From: an uncultured virus (IMG/VR IMGVR_UViG_3300043540_000465)
Taxonomy: Duplodnaviria; Heunggongvirae; Uroviricota; Caudoviricetes
Direction: 5' to 3' (one strand)
DNA length: 64,000 bases
IMG/VR virus record: IMGVR_UViG_3300043540_000465
Below the pieces are notes generated by a model. It was given only the letters and a program-made list of their open reading frames with translations, did no database searches and was not told the origin of the DNA. Shown one piece after another: positions 46,322 through 56,200 of this stretch. Numbering within the stretch: the first letter of the stretch is position 1; each line of letters begins with the position of its first letter. The position numbers were made by a program, and so were the translations under genes.

Positions 46322-47716
46322 ATGGCCACGCAAGACGACGTCATCTCTACCGTCTACACCAATCTGGATCCGTCGCTGGATCAGCAGAAAGGGCCGCTCA
46401 AGCGGCTGTTTCTTGATCCCCATCGCGCGGTAGTGAGCTACACCAAGACCAGCGTCGATCGGCTGATCGCGCTGTTCACCCAGCAGCGTCCGGACAACAT
46501 GACCTCGGAAGAGTACGATGCTATCACCAAGCCCTGGGGTGGCATCAATCGCTTCTTGGGCCTGCCCGCCTTCGGTACCGTCACCGTCTACGCGTACACC
46601 AAGCCCGCCGCCGACTTCGTAATCCCCTTCGGCACGGTGTTCAGCGACGACACAGGGTCGTTGCTGTACCAGGCGTCCGCTGAGCTACGCGTGGCCGTTG
46701 GCGATCTGGATCGCTACTTCAACCCCACCAATCGGCGGTTCGAGTTCGACCTCACCATCATCGCCAAGGAGGTGGGATCGGACTTCGCCGTACCGGCAGG
46801 TCGTATCACCAAGATCGTGTCCGACATCCCCTTCGCCAGCGGCGTCATCAACCAGAAGGCGCTGACCGGCGGCTTGCCGGTGGAGTCGGATAGCAGCATC
46901 GACTCCCGGTTTCGGGCACGGTTGGAAGGTACGGATCGCGGTAGTTCGGGGTGGATCAGCTTCACCACGCTGTCGGTAGCCGGAGTGCAGAGCGTGGCGC
47001 TCATCGCGCCCGGCCACCAGCTGTTCTCGCGGCGCACTGCGCGCCCGGCCATCGACGTCTACGTCATCGGCGATAACATCCTGCAAGCAACCTATAGCGT
47101 CGTGGTGACCGATCCAACTCGCCGCAGCTATCAGATCCTATCACCCGAGGGCAACGCACGCCGGGCCACCAGCATCGTCCGCGTGGTGCAGAACAGCCAA
47201 GATACCATCACCAACTGGAGCTTCGTGCCGGATACTACGCGTATGGGACAGGCCGTCAACGCGGCTACCTACGTTGAGTTCACCGCGGGCTTCCCGCTCG
47301 ACACGCGGTTGGACATCACCTACGAGTACAACTACTTGTTGGAGCTGGTGCAGGCCAACCTAGAGATTCAAGATGGCACCACCGGCACTTATCTCTTCAA
47401 CACCGACATGCTGGCGTTCGCGGCCAAGCCCGTAGCGTTGGAAGTGGACTTCACGCTGAACACGCTGTCGTCCACCAACCAAGTCTACCTGCAGCAGCAG
47501 GTGCAGAATGTGACCATGGAGTTGCTGAACCAACTGGACTACGTGGGGCAACTTACGCCGACGCAGTTCATTACCGATCTGCAAGCGCAGGTTCCCGCTG
47601 CGTCGCCGGTGCTCCACAAGTTCAAGCGCAAGGACGACACGCAACTGGTGGGCGTCATCACGCTGTCGGACATCGAGTTCCCCCAACTGGCTTCGGCCGA
47701 TCTGGTCATTCGCTGA
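46322..47716 (+). CDS. Baseplate J-like wedge protein
   Basis: IPFGTVFS, VINQKALTGGLPVESDSSIDSRFR, IDVYV motifs. Confidence 0.8.
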   Translation: MATQDDVISTVYTNLDPSLDQQKGPLKRLFLDPHRAVVSYTKTSVDRLIALFTQQRPDNMTSEEYDAITKPWGGINRFLGLPAFGTVTVYAYTKPAADFVIPFGTVFSDDTGSLLYQASAELRVAVGDLDRYFNPTNRRFEFDLTIIAKEVGSDFAVPAGRITKIVSDIPFASGVINQKALTGGLPVESDSSIDSRFRARLEGTDRGSSGWISFTTLSVAGVQSVALIAPGHQLFSRRTARPAIDVYVIGDNILQATYSVVVTDPTRRSYQILSPEGNARRATSIVRVVQNSQDTITNWSFVPDTTRMGQAVNAATYVEFTAGFPLDTRLDITYEYNYLLELVQANLEIQDGTTGTYLFNTDMLAFAAKPVALEVDFTLNTLSSTNQVYLQQQVQNVTMELLNQLDYVGQLTPTQFITDLQAQVPAASPVLHKFKRKDDTQLVGVITLSDIEFPQLASADLVIR

Positions 47717-48534
47717 TGCGCTGGACCGACTACCTGCAGCAGCTACGACGGCGCGTACCGGCGGCGGTGCTACGACAGTATGGTACTGTCACGCACGACC
47801 ACGTACCGTACCCCCTGATGGTAGCCGAGCAGCCAGGATCACCGTGGTTGGTGGTGACCTCGGGGTTCCACGGCGACGAGGCCGGCGGGCCGCTGTCGCT
47901 GCTGCGCTACGCAGGCCTGCTGTTGCAGCAGGCCAAGACGCGCGGCTTTGGCCTGCGCATCTACTTCTGCGTTAACCCCTCGGGGTGGGAACGCAACGAA
48001 CGCTGCAATCGCGACGGCAAGTGCTTCTCTAATGCCGTGCTACAGTACAATGTCGATGGCGTACTGCGGGATGATGTACCGCCCGGCACGCAGCCGCGAG
48101 ACTATCAGCTGATGCTCAAGCAGGCCCCGCCGGAGACGCAGCAGGTGTTTGCCGACATCACCCAGTTGCCGCTGGCGCAGCTGCGAGGCTTCCTCGATCT
48201 GCACCAAGTAGGGGAGCAAGGTGACGACGTCACGTACGCGTACGTGTTCGGGTCGCGGCGACCCTACCGACGGATCATTCGCGCTACGGCTAAGTACGCC
48301 CGCCTCCTAGCCCATGCCGAGGTGGATCGTCGCGAAGCCAGCGACGTCGCCATCACCACCGACGCTGACGGACTATGCAAGTACCATGACGGTAGCGTGA
48401 GCGACTACCTCGATCGCAAAGGCGTGCGCTACAACGCTACCGTGGAGACGGCCGTGACCCTGCCGTTGGAACGGGTGCATGCGGTCAACCTGACGTGGCT
48501 GCTAGGCTTCGTGACACTGATGGGGCAGGCATAG
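47716..48534 (+). CDS. M14-family (succinylglutamate desuccinylase-like) zinc hydrolase
   Basis: GFHGDEAGG, VNPSG..R..R, FLDLH, TVET. Confidence 0.8.
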   Translation: MRWTDYLQQLRRRVPAAVLRQYGTVTHDHVPYPLMVAEQPGSPWLVVTSGFHGDEAGGPLSLLRYAGLLLQQAKTRGFGLRIYFCVNPSGWERNERCNRDGKCFSNAVLQYNVDGVLRDDVPPGTQPRDYQLMLKQAPPETQQVFADITQLPLAQLRGFLDLHQVGEQGDDVTYAYVFGSRRPYRRIIRATAKYARLLAHAEVDRREASDVAITTDADGLCKYHDGSVSDYLDRKGVRYNATVETAVTLPLERVHAVNLTWLLGFVTLMGQA

Positions 48535-48537
48535 GCC

Positions 48538-50415
48538 ATGCTGCGGCTAGAACCCGATCTGGGTCTGCACGTTGGTGTTTATGGTAGTATCTTAGCGAGC
48601 ATACCGCCATCGCAGTTCTATCTACGCGGAGCCATCAACGTCCCTTACGGTACCAACCCCTTCCCCTTCATTGCGACTACCACAACGTGGGACAAGCCGC
48701 TGCAGGTATACGTCAACGGCGAGCGGCAGTTCAGCGCCCTGGCCATCTCCGCGGGTACGGTACGGCGCAGCAAGAAGTGGCCTAACGGCTTCTATCTGCA
48801 AGTCACGGTACCGCTACGGTTGCAGGAGGGGAAGAACACCGTTGCGGCCGAGTGCGGTACTGAGCAGGTAGTGCACGAGGTAGTGGCTACGCGTCCGCTC
48901 ACCATGCTGTGGGCGTTCGCGCAGAACATCATGGAGCAGCTATACCTGCCGCTCAATGCGGAATGGGTAGCATCGCTGTCGCCATGGTCCTCGCACTTCG
49001 TCGAGGCGCTGCTCAACTACGCGCCGCTGATGCCCGATGAGCGGATAGCGCGCACCCACGGTTTCCGCAAGACCACCTTCGGCTCGATGGTGCGCCCGCT
49101 GACGTTGTCCGGTATCACATCGTTCGTTGCTGGGCTAATCTACAGCAACCCCATCATCGTGCCGGTCACCGAGAACCGCTTTGGCACGCTGACGCTGAAC
49201 CTGAATCGCCGCGCGCTGCTCGACGCGGGTAGTGACATTCACGTGTGGGTGCCCAACCGCGGCCTAGCCACTTGGCTAGCGTTCGCGCGCTTGGTACTGA
49301 ATCTGCGGCACGTGTTCGTGGTCGACAAGGTGGCGCCAGGCGAGGTGGCGGTACGTGAGCCCGGCCGCGGGCCGCGGTGGCCCGGCGAGCTACCCCCACC
49401 CGCGGAGATCCCTGACGATCCGTTTACGCCCGCCGCGGGCCAGCTCATCGTGCAGCAGCACGCCTTCAACCAGGATCACCTGGGACCGGATCTGAACGGC
49501 CTGCTGCGCGACATCCCCCGCATCGACTTCTCGGTGCAGCCTACGCTAGCGACTAACCGCAACGCCGGCTTCTACCGCTGGACCTACAAACTGGACCAGA
49601 AGGTACGGATCCCCGTCGGGGTGCGGCGGCTGCGCGGCGCTATGAAGTGTGATGGTACGCACTTGATTCCGCGTCACGATGGCGTGGACTACATGGGGCC
49701 GTTCCTGCCGGCGCACATCTCCCGGCCACGCGTACCCCTGACGTGGACGGTGACGCCGCTGGGCGTAGTGGCCAATGCGCAGCTGGGAAAGCCTCCTGCC
49801 GGTCCTGGATTCCGTGGGTTCCCCCTTACCAGTCGGCGGTTCGCCGCGCGGTACCAAACGGAGCGCACCACGCCGCTGCCCACGTATCATGCGGCGCCGC
49901 TCAACACCATGTCGGGGTACTTCCGGCGCCTGCCTCCGCCCGACGTGGTCACGTTCCCCGTGACGCCGGTGCTCAATCAGCAAGTGCACCTGATCGTTGC
50001 GCAGCCCGGTTTCCCGGTTGACTACTACCAGTTCAACGGTACGACGTGGCTGCCGTTCACGCCCACGCACGTATGGACGGCGGAGTTCATCGCCGAGCTA
50101 GCTAGCCACGGCCTGACTCCGGCGAATCTGAATCGCCTGGATCACGTCGCGCGGTTCGCGGACTTGCTGGCGTTGCCCCCACCAGTACTGGCTGACCTAC
50201 GCAAGGTGGAGTACGACGGCTGCGATTACTGGTGGAACGGTAGCAGCTGGCAACGGGTGCACTACGAGTTCCACCCGCAACTAGGTGGCGCGCAGCTGCG
50301 CGATCTGGTCGAAGTACGCATGGACCACGAAGCTCTGGTACCCCCGTGCGAGCCTACCACCTTTGGTACGGCTACGCAGGGCTCCGATACCTATGGCGGC
50401 GTGTGCGTTGTTTAG
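48538..50415 (+). CDS. Baseplate/tail structural protein
   Basis: Position; shares a YxxNGxxW module with ORFs 52251 and 53225. Confidence 0.6.
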   Translation: MLRLEPDLGLHVGVYGSILASIPPSQFYLRGAINVPYGTNPFPFIATTTTWDKPLQVYVNGERQFSALAISAGTVRRSKKWPNGFYLQVTVPLRLQEGKNTVAAECGTEQVVHEVVATRPLTMLWAFAQNIMEQLYLPLNAEWVASLSPWSSHFVEALLNYAPLMPDERIARTHGFRKTTFGSMVRPLTLSGITSFVAGLIYSNPIIVPVTENRFGTLTLNLNRRALLDAGSDIHVWVPNRGLATWLAFARLVLNLRHVFVVDKVAPGEVAVREPGRGPRWPGELPPPAEIPDDPFTPAAGQLIVQQHAFNQDHLGPDLNGLLRDIPRIDFSVQPTLATNRNAGFYRWTYKLDQKVRIPVGVRRLRGAMKCDGTHLIPRHDGVDYMGPFLPAHISRPRVPLTWTVTPLGVVANAQLGKPPAGPGFRGFPLTSRRFAARYQTERTTPLPTYHAAPLNTMSGYFRRLPPPDVVTFPVTPVLNQQVHLIVAQPGFPVDYYQFNGTTWLPFTPTHVWTAEFIAELASHGLTPANLNRLDHVARFADLLALPPPVLADLRKVEYDGCDYWWNGSSWQRVHYEFHPQLGGAQLRDLVEVRMDHEALVPPCEPTTFGTATQGSDTYGGVCVV

Positions 50416-50457
50416 CACCTACCATAGTGGTTCGGGCAGCACCTTCGGAGGCTAGCG

Positions 50458-51012
50458 ATGCCGCAGCATCATCCCTGGACTACCAGTACCCCCGCGCAGC
50501 AAGACACGCCAGGAGTGCAGCAGCCAGATCTGGTTGACGATTCGCTACCAGGACTGCATGATGGCGACACTGTGCTGGCGTCGCAGATCATGACGCTGCG
50601 CGATGAGGTCTACAACCTGTGGCAGCGGCTCGGTACGGATGATTTGCTACCGCTAACTTGCGTGCGCGCGCAGTTGCCGCTGACCAACTGGCTGCAGACC
50701 GTCGACGCTACGCCCACTACCATTCTCACCATTCCGCTGCGGGCGGGGCAGGTGGTGTGGATCGAAGCCACGGCCACCGGCGGTGACGTGGGCGACGTTA
50801 ACCAGTTCGCGGCGCGTTGCTTGGCGTGCGCGCATCGCGCGGTCGGTGGCGCGATTCTCGACCACAGCTTCTTGCTGTATCAGTACGCCACCAATCCGAC
50901 GTGGGCGATGACTCTGGTTCCCAGCGGCAACGACGTACTACTGCAAGTGCAGGGGGCACTAGCTACTACGATCAACTGGGGCGCCACCGCCCGCTTCCAG
51001 CCCTCGACGTAA
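50458..51012 (+). CDS. Putative tail fibre/structural protein
   Basis: GGAGG RBS; beta-rich C-terminus. Confidence 0.55.
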   Translation: MPQHHPWTTSTPAQQDTPGVQQPDLVDDSLPGLHDGDTVLASQIMTLRDEVYNLWQRLGTDDLLPLTCVRAQLPLTNWLQTVDATPTTILTIPLRAGQVVWIEATATGGDVGDVNQFAARCLACAHRAVGGAILDHSFLLYQYATNPTWAMTLVPSGNDVLLQVQGALATTINWGATARFQPST

Positions 51013-51022
51013 GGAGATCGAG

Positions 51023-52144
51023 ATGACCATCACCACTTTCGGTGTCTTCGGGCAGCAAGAACCTGCTTACTCTCCCTCGCGGGCGTGCAGTGTCCTAGTG
51101 AACAGTGGCAACGCCTTTCCGCTCGGGTCGGTCAGGAAGGGGCAGCGGTGCGAGCTGATGATCAAGGCGGTGCCTGGGGCGCCGACGCAAGCGGTGGCGC
51201 ACATCTACGCTAGTGGGGGAGGTGACCCTCGGTGGAGTGGGCTGAATGATGGAGGTCGCATACTCACGGAGGCCAACGGCCCCCTGACGATTTACGATCC
51301 GGAGCGGGCAGTGGTAGTGGCGGTGCGGAAGTACGACGGCGCCGGTGGCGCCGACTTCAACGCGTACCTCTATCCGGTGGACGGCTCGAACGAGATGGAT
51401 CGCGTCCCTCCACTGCTAGTAGCTCAGCAGCAGAATCGCATGGTGGGAGTGACCGGCATCACCGTCAACACCTTCAGCGGCGCACCGACGCCGGCGGTGG
51501 CGAACGATCTGCTGCTGGCATGGGTGGCAGCGCCGTTGGGAGCCACACCGTCACCAGTCGGCGCGGGCTGGACTAGCCTGGGAGTGATCATTCCTGGAGC
51601 CGATCCTACTGTGTCGCTGTGGTACAAGCTCGCGGTGGGCGGCGAGCTAAACGAGACGTGGCAGGACCTGGCCTGGCCGGCCGGCGTATGGGCGGCGACA
51701 CTGCACGTCTTACATGTAGTCGGGGCTTCGACCATCGAAGACTATGGCCTCAAGTACCCGCAGGCCATCCTCGGGTACAGCGGCATTACTAGCCCGCTCA
51801 CCTACGCGCTCTGGACCGGACAGACGGCTCAGATGGTAGCCGACACCCGCTTCCCCCCGGTTATCTCTCCGGTGCTGCAGGTAGCCTGCTTCGCTAACTT
51901 CAACGCGCCCTACCCGGGAGTCGGGGACATCTTCTTCGCGGTGTTACCATATTCGTTGGAGGCCGCGATCACCAAAGGCGGTGGCGAGGACGCAGTCGCC
52001 AATGCGACGATGTGTGCGGGTGCAGCGGTCGTCACGGACCCGGCGAACATCCAGTGGCACGGGATCAACATCGATCCGATGATGGCAGGTCCAAGCAACG
52101 TCTATCCGTTCCAGGCCGGGACGATTACGCTCGCGCCGATGTAG
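51023..52144 (+). CDS. Putative virion structural protein
   Basis: AAGGAG RBS; beta-rich (ANDLLLAWVA...GWTSLG...SLWYKLA). Confidence 0.55.
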   Translation: MTITTFGVFGQQEPAYSPSRACSVLVNSGNAFPLGSVRKGQRCELMIKAVPGAPTQAVAHIYASGGGDPRWSGLNDGGRILTEANGPLTIYDPERAVVVAVRKYDGAGGADFNAYLYPVDGSNEMDRVPPLLVAQQQNRMVGVTGITVNTFSGAPTPAVANDLLLAWVAAPLGATPSPVGAGWTSLGVIIPGADPTVSLWYKLAVGGELNETWQDLAWPAGVWAATLHVLHVVGASTIEDYGLKYPQAILGYSGITSPLTYALWTGQTAQMVADTRFPPVISPVLQVACFANFNAPYPGVGDIFFAVLPYSLEAAITKGGGEDAVANATMCAGAAVVTDPANIQWHGINIDPMMAGPSNVYPFQAGTITLAPM

Positions 52145-52250
52145 AACTGCACTGCTACCGCTTCGCGCTCCCCCGTACTGACTGCGTCGCACGCCGCTTA
52201 CCATCTGCAGCTTCTCTCTGTATCTTTGTACGACATTCCAAGGTGACGCG

Positions 52251-53183
52251 ATGGCGGTCTACGAGGTACTGTCCCTAGCTACGCGGATTGCGCGCGAGAA
52301 GCAGGGTGAGATGATGGTGACTGGCAAGCCGTATACGATCACCCATTTCACGGTCGGCAACCAAGGGCACGATCCGGAAGACCGCTACAACGCGCTCACG
52401 CCAGACGTCAACCTCGTCGAACCTACCGATGAGGTCATCCCCCCGCAGCGCATCACCGACGTCATTCCCTACGACCAAGCCACCGGCTTCGGTCCCGTGT
52501 GGATCTGTACCATTCCGCAGGGGCTGGCTACCGGCGTGGTGTCGTCGTTGTACTTGTGGGCGGACATGGCGAAGCCACAGGTACCAGGCTATCCCGTTCC
52601 GCCGCAGATGGCGAACCTGCCCACCGTGGGTACGTTGGGGCAGACCTGCGAGATCCTGCAGTGGGGTTACTACCAGTGGGACGGCGGCAAGTGGACGCTG
52701 CAAAGCACACCCGTAGACGTCGTTGCCTTTCCGTCGCTGCCCAACGTTGGCAACACCGTGCACTTAACGGTCGCGCAGCTCGGCTACCCCGTCGACTACT
52801 ATGTGTACAACGGCGTGAACTGGGAAGCCATCCAACAAGTAGTGGCGTTGCCCGCGCCCGCGCCATGGGTGTACATGGTTATGCGCCTGGAGGGCACGTT
52901 ACCGGAGCCGGTACCCAGCAAGTACGTGTGGGATGAGACCACGGCGGCTTGGACTAATCTGTACCTCGCAGCCGTACCCCGGTTCGTGGATCTCCCGACG
53001 CCCCCTACGCCACTGGTCGTGGGCCAGCGGGCCTACGTCATTGCCGATGGGCAGGAGTACTACTGGAACGGCTCCTTCTGGAACTTGGCATACGACCGGT
53101 TCTTGTTCTCCATCAGCCACATGCCGGAGCTTATCAAGCTGGCGGAAGAGCAGGATACCTGGAACGTCGGCATTCAGTTCTGA
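52251..53183 (+). CDS. Tail-collar/baseplate-like protein with inserted repeated W-rich modules
   Basis: ITHFTVGNQGHDP N-terminus; four YxW/YxG-W repeats. Confidence 0.55.
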   Translation: MAVYEVLSLATRIAREKQGEMMVTGKPYTITHFTVGNQGHDPEDRYNALTPDVNLVEPTDEVIPPQRITDVIPYDQATGFGPVWICTIPQGLATGVVSSLYLWADMAKPQVPGYPVPPQMANLPTVGTLGQTCEILQWGYYQWDGGKWTLQSTPVDVVAFPSLPNVGNTVHLTVAQLGYPVDYYVYNGVNWEAIQQVVALPAPAPWVYMVMRLEGTLPEPVPSKYVWDETTAAWTNLYLAAVPRFVDLPTPPTPLVVGQRAYVIADGQEYYWNGSFWNLAYDRFLFSISHMPELIKLAEEQDTWNVGIQF

Positions 53184-53224
53184 CTTAGTACTGCACCTCG
53201 CGCCCGCTTCGCGGAGAGAGATCA

Positions 53225-56200
53225 ATGGCCATTCGCGCACTGCTCGCCTGGGATTCCAACGACCTACCGTCGACGTGGAATGACCGCTTTCGCAGCATCT
53301 TCAAGGTGGGCGTCTATTCTGGAGGTACGTCCACGCCCGCGGCCACGCCACTGCACGTCACCGTCAGTCCCTTCGTGGCCGTGTCGTTCGACGGCATGGT
53401 GGTACGGGACGATGACGAGGCCCACGACATCCCGCTGACCGACAACGCCGACCAGCTGATCTGCCTGCTGGCCAAGTACCGCGAGTTCGACGATCCGATC
53501 CTGCAGTGGCAGGTGATCCTAACCTCCAGCCTGCCGGCGCATCCGGACAAGGACTACCTGATCATCTTCGCCCGCGCCATCACGGTCGGTGGCGTCATCA
53601 CCAGCTTGGAACCGTGGGCTGAGCATCGCATCGATGGTGTGAGTCGTCACCCGCTACGGCCCCCGGTGGCCACCACGGGTGATCTGCCGCTCACTGGCAA
53701 CGTCGTGGGTGACGTGATCCCGGTGCTGGCCGATGCCTCGCTGTGGATCTGGGAAGCCGACAACACTTGGCATCCACACTACGCCAACATCGATCCGTTT
53801 GTGCTGACCATCACTTCGGCGCTGATGGGCTACAGCGAGAGCCTGCGCTATGGCAACGGTACCGGCATCATCGCGGGCGGGTCTGCGTACGAGGAGAAGC
53901 CCGGCAGCTGGCCGACGCAGGACGGCAGCCTGTCCGACTACCGCACCGAAGTCCGTGCCCAGGTGCAGGCGGGGTTGCAGAACCTGGAGCTAGCCGTCGA
54001 AGGTTTCTCGGCCATGCTCAACGGGCATTTCCTTAAGACCTACCCGGTGACGCTGCCGCTAGTGCCGCAGCCCACCTCGGGGGCGTGGCCGCAGTACGCG
54101 GTGTGCCTGGAGTACTACCGGGAGCAGCTGACCACCGATCCCGATGTGACGACGCCGTACTACAAGCGCTACACTACGCGGGCGCTGACCGCCCCCGGTG
54201 ATCCGGTAGATGCTACCATTCTCGATCTGCTGCCCATCGTGGACACGCAGGAGCAGAACACCGAGCTGAACTTCGACTACTTCCCCATCGAGATCACCGG
54301 CAAGAACGTGTGGGTGCGGGCGCGATGGCAGTTGACGGTGAAGCCCATCAACAGCACGCTGGCGAATTCGTCGCATGTACCCCCGCAGCACCTGCACAAC
54401 TACTTCAAGGTTGATCCGCTGGCGGTGTGGGGTGGCGCCACCACCTACGCCCTAGAGACCGGCGGCCCTGGCCCCAATCCCTATTGGGGTGAGAATCTAT
54501 ACATCGGGACCAAGGCCGACGCCTACCAGGGGATCGCGTACATGATCCCGCTGTTCGTGGTGCGCACGGATGGCACGCTGCCGCTACCGACTACGCAGTC
54601 GCCGTGGACCTACCCCGCCGGCGGTACGCAGCTGCGCTTGGGGCTATGGTCAGTGTACCCGCGCGTGCGCGACAACCTGCAGCAGCTGGGCACCGATCAT
54701 CAGCTGCTCAAGCACTTCTCCGAGCTGGCCGAGCAGCGCAGCCGGCGCTGCTCTGGCTTCGTAGATTTTGGTGGCTACCGCTGGTCGGGTGGCGCGGCCA
54801 ACTCGGTGTGGTGGGAGCGGGAGAATCTGCAGCCACCTGTGGAGTATGGTCCCGAGGCCAAGCACGTAGCTGTGCAGGTGGATGGCTTCGTCGCGCGTCT
54901 GCCGTTCCTGGCCCAGCAGGTGTTCATGGCGACGCTGCCAGCGCCGCCCAGCGAACTGGGATCCTATCGGCGCGATCTGGTCTACCTGACCATGCGGCGC
55001 GTGCTCAATCCCATTCCCACGACCATGCTGCAAGCAGCCACTCCCCCCAGCTGGTTCGTGGACACCGGCATTCCGGTATCGTACTACGAGTACGTCAACG
55101 ACGTAACCAACACGCCGGCCAAGCGGCTGGCGTCAGGCACGCTCAAGTACCAGCTGCGTGTAGAAGTTGCGGAGGCGGGTGATGCCTTCGACGAGTTCTC
55201 CGCGTTCTACCAGTACAACGGCGAGGCGCCGAAGCTGGATGTCGATGGTCGACCTCTGGCACGCAATCTCAACGGCGTGCTGTATCACCGCCACGCCAGC
55301 GATCCGGGGTTGTGGGTGGGGGTAGAAGACCTGCGCAACTTCGTCGATCAGCGGCCGGTGCTGCAGAGCGTGTGGCCCAGTGAGTCCGAGCCTACCGCCA
55401 TCGAGCCGCCGGTAGCCAACGACACCGCACGCAATCGCAACGATCAGCTGATCACCGACGGCATGGTCTACGCCATCCCTCTGGCGCTGGTGCATCGGCG
55501 CAATACCGCGACGTACGACCCCTGTGCCAACCCTAACGGCACGACGGCTAGTCGGAACGCGCAGTCCTACCGACCGGACGGCGCCATCGACGCCACGCTG
55601 GTGCTGTTGCGCGAGATCCTGGACCTGCGGCACCTCGTCGAGCTGGTGGGTACCGACTTGGAGTCGGTGCTATACCGCAGTCTCGATCTCAACGTGCAGG
55701 GCAAGCTGTTCACCTCGTTCGGCTTCGACGAGCTGGGTGGCGTCGTCGTGCGCGATCGCTTGGGCGCGGAGATCCTACGCACCGAGCAGCTGGGCGGCGA
55801 TCCGTGCTCCGATGAGCTGGCGCCACCGGATGGCAAGCGGCTGCTGTGGTCCGACAGCGAGGAGTACTACTCACGCCCGCTGCATCAGCGACTGGATGAT
55901 GTGCAGCTGGGACAGGGCTTTGATCTCAGCATTCAACCGTCCGGATGGTGGGGAACCGATCCGACCTACAACTCGCAGCTGGCGCTGCAACCCTACACGT
56001 TGGAAGGGCGCAATATTGTCGGGCAGGTCGGCACGCCGGCCAACGGTACTCCGCCTAATGCCGGTACGCCAGTGCCAGATGGCGGGGCGCTGCGGTTGGT
56101 GCGCGGCAGCGTCATGTACATGCTGGAAGATGGGCTGTCGATTCCACCAGCCTACGTGATGGCCTACCCCAACATCGCCACGCGGCGCGTGGCTGTGTTC

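Noticed and set aside
49980..52830. Similar segments in ORFs 48538 and 52251 as a DGR template/variable repeat pair
   Set aside because: Differences are not adenine-specific, both copies are coding, and there is no reverse transcriptase in the window
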